A stretch of 47,911 bases of DNA from Nemertoderma westbladi (Eukaryota; Animalia; Xenacoelomorpha): positions 1 to 47,911 of the forward strand of contig JAUCBJ010008886.1 in the NCBI GenBank assembly GCA_032718475.1. The letters are read 5' to 3'. Of the stretch, positions 15,094 to 25,286 are shown one piece after another. The first letter of the stretch is position 1; each line of letters begins with the position of its first letter. The notes below the pieces were generated by a model. That model did not search any database and was not told the origin of the DNA. It was given only the letters and a program-made list of their open reading frames with translations. The position numbers were made by a program, and so were the translations under genes.

Positions 15094-15693
15094 CTACAGT
15101 ACATCTTCCACCGCAGTTATTTCTTTCTGTTTATCATCATCATCAGTCGCAGTTAAACGCTTTCTCATGAAAAAGTGTAGAGCCTCATACCCACCAACAC
15201 GTTTTGCTGAGCAGTATCGCAGACAGTTATCCCTTATGTTTAAGTGGAACGCGCATTTACTTTCCATTGTAGTGAATCGGTCGTGAAATCGACAAGGTGT
15301 TAAATATTCGTGATATTGCTTATATATTCCCAATTTCTCCACCAAATTTGGCTCGAGAACATCGAGTTGGGAAACTAATATTGCCCGTTTCAGCAAGCCA
15401 AATACATGAATATTTTTTTTATATTTTAAATGTCTCTTCATATATTTTTTAAAGTCATCTTGAGAAATGTCCCCGTAGTTCCAGGGCAAGTGAGAAGTCA
15501 TATCTCGTAAATTGTTTACGTGAGCTGCATCTAAAGCTGATAACTTAATATTAGACGGGCCTTTAATTAAAAACGTCTTTAAATTAGTTTTGGTGTAATT
15601 AGAATCGTATATTGCAAATTCTTTAAATACTACCGGATACTCTTTATTGTCTATCTTATAATATTGAAAATCAACAAAAATAATATTATCCAT
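15094..15693 (-). CDS. DEDD/DnaQ-like (Maelstrom-like) domain protein of the Maverick
   Basis: IFVDFQ (ExoI-like), KEFAI, HLPWNYG, IHVFG..K, C.FH and YCSA..V patterns. Confidence 0.55.
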   Translation of the reverse strand: MDNIIFVDFQYYKIDNKEYPVVFKEFAIYDSNYTKTNLKTFLIKGPSNIKLSALDAAHVNNLRDMTSHLPWNYGDISQDDFKKYMKRHLKYKKNIHVFGLLKRAILVSQLDVLEPNLVEKLGIYKQYHEYLTPCRFHDRFTTMESKCAFHLNIRDNCLRYCSAKRVGGYEALHFFMRKRLTATDDDDKQKEITAVEDVL

Positions 15694-15724
15694 TTTATCT
15701 GATAAACAAAAGTTAAATAATTAA

Positions 15725-16177
15725 TTACAAAGTTTGTTGGTTTAATTTATAATAATTAACAAGCCATTTATATAATATAATTTCATTGATTTCCACATTA
15801 TTTGTAAACGCTCTCATTGGATAGATTGTGTGAATACGATTTACCAAATAATAAAGACAGTATAGACCGCATGTGGTCCTCCTGGGGTCTTGAAATTGTT
15901 TGCGTGTAGTACGCCACCTTGCGGAATTTTTCTCAAGCCATTTTTCGATGCATCTGTTTGGATATTTTGGTCCAAACGAGTCAAATACTTCGGCCTCATT
16001 ATCTCGTATATATATCGCGATCCAATGAATCCCAGGCAGATGCTGTTTATCGGTATTTACTATCAAGCCATAATCCTGCCGCTTATTATTATCTAATTTA
16101 GGTAATTTATTAGCTGGAAACGCGCCCAAATAGTGACCACCCACTGGAAACATATCAAGGTCCTCTGTAGATAACAT
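15725..16177 (-). CDS. adenain-like (C5/Ulp1-fold) virion maturation cysteine protease
   Basis: VNTD...PGIHW (His), FDSFG (Asp), Q......CGLYC (oxyanion Gln and catalytic Cys). Confidence 0.93.
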   Translation of the reverse strand: MLSTEDLDMFPVGGHYLGAFPANKLPKLDNNKRQDYGLIVNTDKQHLPGIHWIAIYIRDNEAEVFDSFGPKYPNRCIEKWLEKNSARWRTTRKQFQDPRRTTCGLYCLYYLVNRIHTIYPMRAFTNNVEINEIILYKWLVNYYKLNQQTL

Positions 16178-16179
16178 AC

Positions 16180-17439
16180 TTAATCGATATGTATTTCTTT
16201 CCTGCTATTTAAACTTAATGATTGATCATAAATATTAAAAACGATTACATTTATGGTTTCAACCAACGGTTCGGCAAATCTTAATTTTAATTGACCGTTA
16301 GTATATATCGACGGTTGCGGATCTCTAACGTAGCCGTCAGCGGTTAGGTCCCAGGATAGGATGGGACAATTACCTAAGTAGGTTTCATGGTCTATATTAT
16401 TACCCCCATAACCGTTAATATATGTATTAATGTTCTTCATTAATTGAGTATACTCAAAAATATATGTTCCATCTGTAAAATTAGGTTCGTATATTACACC
16501 CCCTACTGGAAGACCGTCTACAATCAGTTCCGCGCGTCTAAGGTTAAAATGTTCAAATTTCAAGGGATTGCTAATTAATTCTCCCGAATAAGCGTTATTT
16601 GTTATGAAGCCAATAATAACTAATTTGGGTTTTTTACCATCAAATATGTTTGTTTGAGTGTAATTTGTGGTTTGAGCTGGAATAGTAAATGTAGTCACCT
16701 CTTTCTTTTGAAATTGATATTCAATATCGTAGCTCTCTAAACCTTTTAGGTGACTGCTTTCTATTACCGGATTAACCTCCATTCTAGGGATTATAATTTT
16801 TATTTCATCTAATTCTAGTCGAAGATTTGTCACGGCGTTTGCGTTTGGAGTGATTTTAAAAATAAACGAATTTGATACTTTTCTAAAATGCATTCTTAAA
16901 TCATACCCAGGTTGTATTATTTTAGTTTCAGTATCAAAATCAATCGTCAATCCACTTACAAATCGCATTTGTTTATTAAAGGCATCAGCAATAGGATGCG
17001 CGCCGGGATCAATTTCATTTCCGTGTTCAGATAAAGGTTGATGAAAGCCACCAGCACCCAGTAGCCCATTTTTATCCTCGTAAGTTGTAAATAATAAATT
17101 GGATAAGTACGACTTGTAGAAATAATGGTTATTGCTATTTTCAACCTGCTTCTCATTAAGGTCTATTTTAATATCACTCCACATAGTTTCAGCTGGGTAA
17201 TTCAGCATATAAATATGGGAGTTTTCAAGTCGTCTATCCCAACGTACTGTACATTTTGTAATTAATAACGCGTCTTGCAGTTTCGTATAGAATTCATTGG
17301 ATCTGGGTACAAGGAAGGTGACCTCCCTAGATTCACTTCTGAGATTAGATACGGGGTAAATTGTTTCATAATGCTTTGCTTTAAATTCAGTCTGTATTGG
17401 CTATGTAGAAAATAAATCTAATTCCTTAATAATTGACAT
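16180..17439 (-). pseudogene. major capsid protein (double jelly-roll, PY/hexon-like), ~419 codons with one in-frame TAG
   Basis: Probable true start ATG 17439 gives MSIIKELDLFST*PIQT, the typical Maverick MCP N-terminus, in frame with ORF 16180-17208. Motifs P.LVIIGF..N.AYSG....NP..FEHFN, WDLT.D and LKLRFAEPL are present. TAG at 17401-17403. Confidence 0.88.
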
Positions 17440-17441
17440 TA

Positions 17442-18002
17442 TTAAAAAATACTTTTTTCGCAGTGTTTCAGTTTGCCTTTTATATTTCTCTTTTTACTAC
17501 GTCGATGATGTATGTTCATAGACATTGGTCTAGCGGGTCGCTTTAAATCTCTATAAACTTTTTCTACAACCGATCTTGTTGATGGTTTCATTTTATTTAA
17601 TGCTTTATTAATAACCATATTAGCCTGCTGCTGTAAGACCCGCTAACCTTTTGGTATTACGTGTTGTCTCATAAATTTTGCGGTAAATGGTAAAGCTTTT
17701 TGTAAAACTTTTTTAGCTAATGGCTTACCAAATTTTTTCAATGTAGATAAAGCGTCTGTAAATATACCTTCTCCGTGTTGATTTGCCCGCATACCTCTAC
17801 GATAACGCTGAAAACGACGTTGTTTTAAGTTTGGACCAAATGCACCAATTTGTTGACCGTAAGGGTCAATATATGAACCACCACGAAAAACAGGAACTTG
17901 CGTCGAGCCTCTGGTACGTCTTCCGCCTTTAAAAACAGCAAGATTAGAGTCTGAACCCCCATATTGAGGTTTACTGTATCTTTGAAATAAATCAGAATCC
18001 AT
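17442..18002 (-). pseudogene. basic virion core protein with several xGG/GxG protease sites and an amphipathic helix; one in-frame TAG
   Basis: QYGG, FKGG, FRGG, QHGEG-IFTDALSTLKKFGKPLAKK. The frame stays open after TAG 17643-17645 to a Lys/Arg-rich tail ending ...KSIF* two bases before the MCP ATG. Confidence 0.7.
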
Positions 18003-18859
18003 TTGAATTTATTCGTTTAAAGTGTAATGTAATAGATGTTGTCCCGTATTCAAAATTCAAATCTTTTCCTTCTTTGTCTGTTATTTCAATATGAATGTAT
18101 GTTATCTTATATGATTTTTTTACAGGGATATAATGAATTGTATCCTTGACAAATTCTTTATTTATTACGCTACCATATTTCACATCATCAGGTATCGCAA
18201 CACGACGAAGTAAAGCTAAACCAAAGTCATTAATATATTGATTTTCAATTACATTAGTAGTCACGTACATGTTCGATTTAGGTTCTGGAATAGAGTTGGG
18301 CGGTTGAGGGCATAAAAATACCATCTGGTAAGCTTTTTCTCCATTTCCGATAACCTTTATTAAATAACCCTTTATATTATTTTTCGTCTTCAAAATAATT
18401 TTAAAATTTGGATTTAAATTCGCGCCGAGATTATTTTCAGTAATTCCAAAATAATAGGCTAATTGTTGACCTATAAATAACTCTCGCACAGTTTTCCCTA
18501 AAATAAATTGCAATCTATTTTGCTGAGTATTTTCAACTATTTGTAATTTATCTTTCAACGTCCCCTGTGTTAAAATAATCTATAATGTCATTGATACTGT
18601 AGAATAAACCAGATGGAAGTGTATCCTCAAAAATTTTTTTCCCTTTTTTTAATAAAATAACATTCTCTACATTGTTATACATGGACGGCAACGTTGCTAA
18701 GTAAAATATACTTTTTATACCTACCACCCAGTTTTCGTTTGGATTTATAGGTAAGGCGCCGTGGAAATTTATCTGATAATTACTAGCGCTATTGCGGGGA
18801 AAATCAATCGGACAGGAATTACTTGGTAGTCTAACGTAGAACTCATCCATCACCGCCAC
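17992..18859 (-). pseudogene. minor capsid (penton, single jelly-roll) paralogue 2, split by a frameshift near 18560
   Basis: N-half FYVRLPSNS...FPRN.ASNY...WVVGI; C-half MYV.TN.IE.Q.IND...ALLR...YIPV...I.ITD..G..L.F..G...ITLHFK. Confidence 0.82.
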
Positions 18860-19715
18860 CCCGTATTAACTTAAGTGTTATAACAGTGCGACCTCCGCTG
18901 AAGTTAATTAATTGGCCTTGGCCGTCACGTAAAGTAATTAAGATTGTTTTTAGTTTTTTATTCAACAATGGGAAATAGCAAATGCTCTCGTATTCGTGAT
19001 TAATATATTTTCGATTTAATTGCGTTAAAGGGCAGGTTCTTAAGAGCGGAGCTAAAGCGTCGCCAACAAATGAGCTCTTAATAATATCTGTGTATATAAA
19101 GATAGTGTCTTTATTACGTGTTATATTTGTGGGAGCTGGAAAATCTAAAATGCCAATTTCCGAAATTTTTGGCCCGCTATAATTTAAAATTAATATCGGC
19201 TGTTCTATATTGCTTAATTCATCTACTGTAGTGGTACTGTATATATCCCAATTCGGAATATCCGGATGATTCCGATCCAATAACGGTTTTAAGCCTAGAA
19301 TTTGTATTAAATCGCCGCGTAGACTTAATTGTATTTTTTTCAACTTTTTAGGAAATTTAAATTTAATTCTAGAATTATTTGTATTAAAAATGAATTCGAA
19401 ATCTCTATATTTCGCTTCAGAATTAAACAGTTTATTTATATCATCAATAATCACTTGAATAGAGTTATGCATACCAGGAAATAAACTATATAATTTGGCA
19501 TCTTTTGCATCTACCCCGATTGACAGCGAAATTTGAGTTTGCAGCGTAATATTACTGTATGTTGCTTGGTATTGAAGTTCGGCAAGTCCAATTTTGGCAT
19601 TTGGACCAATATATAATTCTTCGGCTAAATCAACAGTAAACTCACTAGGATTATTATTGGGATAAGTGTTCAATGAGCTATCTGAAAGTAGAGTGATATA
19701 TGTATCTGTGGCCAT
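18843..19715 (-). CDS. minor capsid (penton) paralogue 1
   Basis: YITLLSDSS...YPNN.PSEF.V.L, IGLAELQY, IFIYTDII....VGD..APLLR, YFPL, LRD.QG..I.F..G...ITL. Confidence 0.88.
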   Translation of the reverse strand: MATDTYITLLSDSSLNTYPNNNPSEFTVDLAEELYIGPNAKIGLAELQYQATYSNITLQTQISLSIGVDAKDAKLYSLFPGMHNSIQVIIDDINKLFNSEAKYRDFEFIFNTNNSRIKFKFPKKLKKIQLSLRGDLIQILGLKPLLDRNHPDIPNWDIYSTTTVDELSNIEQPILILNYSGPKISEIGILDFPAPTNITRNKDTIFIYTDIIKSSFVGDALAPLLRTCPLTQLNRKYINHEYESICYFPLLNKKLKTILITLRDGQGQLINFSGGRTVITLKLIRGGGDG

Positions 19716-19964
19716 TATTATTATTATTTAAGCTCGCTCTCTCTACTTGACTCCTTTGTACATACAGTATAATGTTAAATTATAGACATCTGTGACCACG
19801 TTCATTGCCAGCATCTTCTACAGTATATGCGTGGGATCAATATTTTACTGGCTTTATTTAAAGCGGATGAACTATAGATATAGTAATATCATTCGAGTTA
19901 ATATTATTGATTAATTACGGTCATATGCGACCAAAATGAATTAATATACAGTATAAACCTAAGC

Positions 19965-21056
19965 TTATTGAATATGCTGTACCCAGGACTGTTTCTTGGA
20001 TCCGATGAATCGGACTAAATATTCTTTCTTCCCATTGCGTACACGTTCTTTAAGTTTGCCAATATTTTTTTTGTCAATTGCTAGATAAATATTATTATTC
20101 GGGTGGACCTTTTGAAGTTCGTGAGAATAAAATGAGCCCTTTATTATAGCTCCGGTGCTGTCCTTAATATCGAACATTACCGCTGGTACTCTATCCAACC
20201 TGACCCGATGAATAATAAATAATTCACGTGTCCATTGTTCTCGATAGCCTTTAGCAAAAGCAGTACGAGCAATAGATAATCGTACTGTATCTCCAACTTT
20301 AAATTTTATTTTCTTGTGATTTATCTGTCTATATTTCCCATATAATCTATTCATTAATTCAGTTTCATTAAATTTATTAACTTCAATAGGTGTCATTTGT
20401 ATTGTTCTATGATACGACCTATTATAAGCCGAGATAAGCTTAGGTAAAATTTTTATCCAAATATTATTTCCCCTTTGCGTGAAAATTTTGAACATCTTTG
20501 TTTTTAAGGTTCTGTTAAATCTCTCGACAATAGCCGCCTTATTCACAGAATACATTACGTAATACTGTATACCTAACGTATCTAAATATTTCCTTACAGA
20601 TTTATTTAGAAACTCAGAACCTTGATCCGTGGCGATTCTGTTTGGTTTTCCTTTCTGGAATATTTTTTGCAATATACTAATAATTTCAACACCCTTTTTT
20701 GTTTTCATAGCATAGCCAAAAGCAAGCCGACTGAAGGCATCAATGCACGTTAATATATAGTTATAATTATTATTTTGCGACTTATATTGCTGCATATCCA
20801 CCAGATCTATCATATATATATCTTTTATGCCTCCCGTAAATATTTTAGATGTTGGATAATGTTGTCTACGTGGAGCGTGAAGGGTGTATGTCTTTTGTCC
20901 GCTCAACCATTTCTGGGCTTGCGTCGGTTTGATGTTTGCAGCTTTTGCTAATTTTGCAACACTTGCAAATCCCGCGGGGGATGAAGGATCTAAATAAATT
21001 CTTAACAGTTTTTTGTCTAAGCTTCGGCTTAAAATCGGTTTCATCTTGCGAGGCAT
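19965..21056 (-). CDS. retroviral-like (rve) DDE integrase of the Maverick
   Basis: DLVDM, IDAFSR, TDQGSEF, VERFNRTLK, YN...HRTI.M.P, F.KGY...W, GSFY..ELQ; chromo-like C-terminus (YLVRF.G....SWV). Confidence 0.96.
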   Translation of the reverse strand: MPRKMKPILSRSLDKKLLRIYLDPSSPAGFASVAKLAKAANIKPTQAQKWLSGQKTYTLHAPRRQHYPTSKIFTGGIKDIYMIDLVDMQQYKSQNNNYNYILTCIDAFSRLAFGYAMKTKKGVEIISILQKIFQKGKPNRIATDQGSEFLNKSVRKYLDTLGIQYYVMYSVNKAAIVERFNRTLKTKMFKIFTQRGNNIWIKILPKLISAYNRSYHRTIQMTPIEVNKFNETELMNRLYGKYRQINHKKIKFKVGDTVRLSIARTAFAKGYREQWTRELFIIHRVRLDRVPAVMFDIKDSTGAIIKGSFYSHELQKVHPNNNIYLAIDKKNIGKLKERVRNGKKEYLVRFIGSKKQSWVQHIQ

Positions 21057-21107
21057 CTTTTCGACAACCGCAAGTAATATGTATATTCAAATCTCTTATA
21101 AAGGGCA

Positions 21108-21278
21108 TCACCGTAAGAACAACTGAAATTTTTTAATTATTTTCTTCGAAGTTGATGTTTTAAAGGGTTTTCTTTTTGTAGTATTTACTCTAGGTATATC
21201 TTGTGGTTTTAAATCAGCAGCTAACGGTTTACTCGATACTAAATATAATTTTCTAAATGTTACTCCCGTTTTAACCAT
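21108..21278 (-). CDS. small basic 56-aa ORF (below ORF-track cutoff)
   Basis: MVKTGVTFRKLYLVSSKP...FQLFLR*; fills the gap between the pX-like gene and the integrase and is preceded by TAATA-ATG like neighbouring genes. Confidence 0.4.
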   Translation of the reverse strand: MVKTGVTFRKLYLVSSKPLAADLKPQDIPRVNTTKRKPFKTSTSKKIIKKFQLFLR

Positions 21279-21284
21279 TATTAC

Positions 21285-21668
21285 CTACCGTCCACGGTTA
21301 ATTTTTTTCGCAATAGCAGCCCCCGCGGCCGCGGCACCGGCACTCGCGGCGAGTTTCGCACCAATGCCGAGTAAGGGTATTAGAAACGGTAGTATGCCTC
21401 CAGATTGATTGCTTAACTTTTTTCTGTAACTTGATATATTTTTTGTTTTACGGTTGAGTGATTTCAATACCTTCTTATAGCGGCGAATATTTCTAAATGA
21501 ATGAGGGGTCAATTGTACATTACCTTTTAGAACATTTAATGCAGTATTTACAATGAGCCGTATTAATTCGTTACTGGCGGTATGGTTAATAAAATAAGTT
21601 CTTTGTTGAGGGGTAGCGCTGCGTAGAAATTCCAGTTCGTTACGATATTTCTGCACAAGTCTATTCAT
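21285..21668 (-). CDS. virion core protein with adenovirus pX-like C-terminus
   Basis: Basic N-part (LNVLKGNVQL) then QSGG-ILPFLIPLLG followed by an Ala-rich hydrophobic tail. Confidence 0.8.
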   Translation of the reverse strand: MNRLVQKYRNELEFLRSATPQQRTYFINHTASNELIRLIVNTALNVLKGNVQLTPHSFRNIRRYKKVLKSLNRKTKNISSYRKKLSNQSGGILPFLIPLLGIGAKLAASAGAAAAGAAIAKKINRGR

Positions 21669-21705
21669 TGTTGCAACATTATTGAAAATTGTTACAAAAT
21701 ATTAA

Positions 21706-22386
21706 TTATTTATCATTATTATTATTATTATTTTCGCTACGTTTATAGTCAGTGTAATTTTTAATGTAACAATTATGATTACGAAATATATCAGATCTAA
21801 ATCTTAAATGTTCGGGTGTTTCCTGTCGTAAATCAATTAAGAAATGTGAAAATGGTTCAATTGTCGCATCTTGATAGGAATCAACTAAAAATTTGGTCTG
21901 CCCTGGTAACATCTGCTTCGCGAAATTTAAAACCGATAGACTGTCTCTCGGATTTTTCATTAATACTAAAGTATGGCTATTAATTGATCTTGTGCGGTTA
22001 TGCTTCCCACCGTAAAACATGTTTTGCGTTATAAAACAAATAAATATATTGGAATGATGAGCCACCTTAGTAAACAATACAGTTAAAGCTGTACTGGACT
22101 CAGTTTCTGTTAACAAATCATCTATAATTAATAAATCTCGACTATTCACTAAACTATCTATATTTTCAGGCAAGCCTTTGTAAAGGTGAGTAATACCAGG
22201 AATAGTTGGGGGATTGCTCCCGTAACAATACAATACTCGCAAGGGGGCTTCGTTGAAACAACCATTCTTGTGTTTAATTAAATTGCCAACAAATGTAGAC
22301 TTTCCGGAGCCAGATGGCCCTGAAATTATCATACTTGTACCCATTTGAAAGTTTAAATTATATGGACCTGAATTAAAGTCAGCCAT
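21706..22386 (-). CDS. A32-like FtsK/HerA genome-packaging ATPase
   Basis: Walker A GPSGSGKS, Walker B LLIIDD, HH.N....ITQN, R..SIN, KNPRD, ID...ETP..LRFR. Confidence 0.95.
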   Translation of the reverse strand: MADFNSGPYNLNFQMGTSMIISGPSGSGKSTFVGNLIKHKNGCFNEAPLRVLYCYGSNPPTIPGITHLYKGLPENIDSLVNSRDLLIIDDLLTETESSTALTVLFTKVAHHSNIFICFITQNMFYGGKHNRTRSINSHTLVLMKNPRDSLSVLNFAKQMLPGQTKFLVDSYQDATIEPFSHFLIDLRQETPEHLRFRSDIFRNHNCYIKNYTDYKRSENNNNNNDK

Positions 22387-22602
22387 TTATTATTATTATT
22401 AAGATATATCAACAATACAATATAATATAATATCAATATCAATATCAATAAACCAACACCATTACTATGTATATAACAATAATTGATGCAACTACAATAT
22501 TAGAGTACTGTATATTTAATTAACATACGACGCCACTACAGTATGTGACGCTCGCTGCAGCAAAAGGTGCTATTTCCAATTATAGTATAGACTGATGTAA
22601 TT

Positions 22603-23055
22603 TCAAGCATGGTGAGCATCTTTATACGCGAAATAATGATAGGTAACATCGGCGGATTGGAAATCACTTCCCGAAAATTTCGCGCTAATGATTTTTTTAT
22701 GTTCGCTGCTAAAAAAATAAGGAATATAGTAGCAACAGCGTCGTACTACGTTTCTATAAAAAATATTCTCCAATATTGTAAATAAATCTCCCGGATCATT
22801 ACTTTTCGCAGAAATATAAGTTATATTGCGAAGCTCTTTCCAATAATAGGGTTGGTATCTTGCCAACTTTATATTAAACTTAGATATGGGTGCGCGACAA
22901 ATAGGACAAATTTTAGAACAATAATTATTCATTTCGGAATATTGTGCAATACATTGTACGCAAGTTGCATGTTTATTTTCACATTTATAATAATCTCGAT
23001 GTTGTTGCAATAACTTAGAATAGCAAACTGGACATTTTTCATTTAAAATATCCAT
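22603..23055 (-). CDS. RING-finger (C3HC4-like) protein, putative E3 ligase
   Basis: CPVC-x12-C-x3-H-x2-CVQC...CPICR. Confidence 0.8.
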   Translation of the reverse strand: MDILNEKCPVCYSKLLQQHRDYYKCENKHATCVQCIAQYSEMNNYCSKICPICRAPISKFNIKLARYQPYYWKELRNITYISAKSNDPGDLFTILENIFYRNVVRRCCYYIPYFFSSEHKKIISAKFSGSDFQSADVTYHYFAYKDAHHA

Positions 23056-23226
23056 TTTCCAAATTTTAAAGTAAATTGAAAATAATTACCACAATACACA
23101 ACAACAACAACAGCAACAAACAAAACTGTTATACTGTATATACAAATACTACTACAATTTTCGATTATTTAAAAACAACAAAATTTTATATATAATCATA
23201 AAATATTTATAATATAGAGGGAAAAG

Positions 23227-23673
23227 TCAAGAATCAATGATATTATCAACATATTCAACATTATCCGCTGATTCTTCAGGTTCGACAAAGGATTCTTTTG
23301 AAATCATTACAATAAAGAAAGACATAATTTCGTAGGGGCTATGCCGATTTAGCCGTATTTCAAACTTTTCACCAGCTTCGTTGTATTGTGTAATAACAAT
23401 AAATCCCTCTATCATGGATAATAGTAAAATGTTGCTTAATTTTCCTCCCCCATGCTCAGCTTTCAGGTTGTAATCTAAAAGATGAATACTATTATCAGAA
23501 GCATCAATATCAATTGAGCTTAAAACTTTCCTGGCTTTTTCAGAAAATTCAATTTTATATTTATCATCTCCCTGACGGTAAATTGTATAATCAATAACAA
23601 TATAGGCTTGACCATCTTCTGCAAAAAATGAATGCCTTACCATTGGCATAACCATATTGGAATCAGAAGACAT
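23227..23673 (-). CDS. hypothetical 148-aa Maverick protein
   Basis: ATG-started, co-oriented, AT-rich flanks; no motif recognised. Confidence 0.55.
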   Translation of the reverse strand: MSSDSNMVMPMVRHSFFAEDGQAYIVIDYTIYRQGDDKYKIEFSEKARKVLSSIDIDASDNSIHLLDYNLKAEHGGGKLSNILLLSMIEGFIVITQYNEAGEKFEIRLNRHSPYEIMSFFIVMISKESFVEPEESADNVEYVDNIIDS

Positions 23674-23799
23674 TATTTAATTTATTTTATTGTAAATCAA
23701 ACAAACAAAGTAAAAACTTTTAAACTAAAACCATTACAAATGATTAATTGCGATTAAAGCAAGAGATTATATATATAAGATATTTTCAAAAATAATACA

Positions 23800-24579
23800 G
23801 GTCTTAAACTGAGAAATAGCCTAAATTCGGTTTATTGATTGGTTGATTAGCTGGTGGGTAACTACTGTATAAACAAAAAAATTATTGCGTAATAATCACT
23901 AATGCTCGTATACGCGTAGCTGGAACCTGACGGAATCTCATGTATCATACTGCTTGGTTTGTTGATTTGGCGACAGCAGTCGTGGAGTTGGCAATCAATA
24001 TAATATAATATATGCATGATGCGTGTAGTTGGTGGCCACGTTGTCAGCATATACAGTATACAGTGGTTGGTTGCGTGGATAGGAAATAACTATGGAAATA
24101 TTGTTCGTATACGTGTAGCTAGAACGTGGCGAAATTTCAACACGTATCATAATAGCGTTGGATTGGACTGGTAGGCAGGCTGCTTGGTTGGTTGGTTTGG
24201 CGACAGCCGTCGAGGAGTAGCCGTGGTGGTGAGTTGGCAATCGATTCGATATAATAGCGTAGTGGGGGCTAGCCATGCGTTGAGAAGTTAGGTTACGCGA
24301 AGATGAATATGCGATGGTTGGTTGATGCAACAACGCGAATCAATACTCGCGGGTGGTAACAGTTGTCGAGTAAGGCAGGCATCGCGAGGTTAGGCTACGC
24401 GTAGGTGATAAGCAACGATTGGTTGAAGGCAACGACGCGAATCAATATTGATGGTGACAGATGGTCATTAAACACCTCGATTTAGCGCAGAAATTTGGCA
24501 TTTTTTAATTGCCTCCGAGATGCGGGCCGTAGCCCAAGCTAGGGAGGAGTTATTGATGAACTATGCTTCTCCTACTACT
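23800..24579 (-). repeat. putative Maverick terminal (TIR) region with internal direct repeats
   Basis: Higher GC/CpG; duplicated blocks (TATACG.GTAGCT...TTTGGCGACAGC.GTCG at ~23910 and ~24108; GTTAGG.TACGCG...ACGCGAATCAATA at ~24287 and ~24389); ends CCTACTACT. Confidence 0.6.
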
Positions 24580-25286
24580 GGCGTTCCCCTGTGTAAATTT
24601 ATATTTTTAAACTAAACTGGTGTCATTTTATATTTTTAATTACAGATTTTCTTATATTTCCAATACAAATATACAATTTTTTAAAACAATTATCCCCTTT
24701 TAAACAGGACATTGGATCAAAAAAAAACTTATAGGGAAAAAACGTTTGCATCCACTGGTCAGATAGGAGGGGGGGGGGGAAACTGGACACAATAAAAATT
24801 GATCAATCTCCAGGGGAAATTGGACGCGAATAACAGATGATTACTTTCAAAAATAAAACTGTACCGTACCTGTTCTATGGTGTTTAGTTTATTGCTACAC
24901 TACACTATTAAAATATCGTGCCACTGTAACCTGCTCCTTTCCCTATATTGAGAATTAAACATTGAGGCGGGATATTAATTCGCCAAGTTCGCCTAATTGC
25001 ACTCACAAACTCTTCTATTTATGTAATTTATTAATAAATAAATATATTATATATATATATATATTTATGTAATATATGACGTATATATATAATGCAGCTG
25101 CAATGCAGAATGCTGATAGTAGTAGTAGTAATTAAACAGATAATTATACAATCTGCCATGGAAATATTACAAACACCTATTCCAGCACATGACGAATTTG
25201 AGGTTTTTTGAGAACATATGGTGGGTGAGTTCGAGCACTCCAAAATACAGCCATTCGTCTCTAATTGAAGGGGGATATTATTTTAA

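Noticed and set aside
23862-24333. Small ORFs in the Maverick terminal region
   Set aside because: Non-ATG starts inside duplicated TIR-like sequence; no protein motifs
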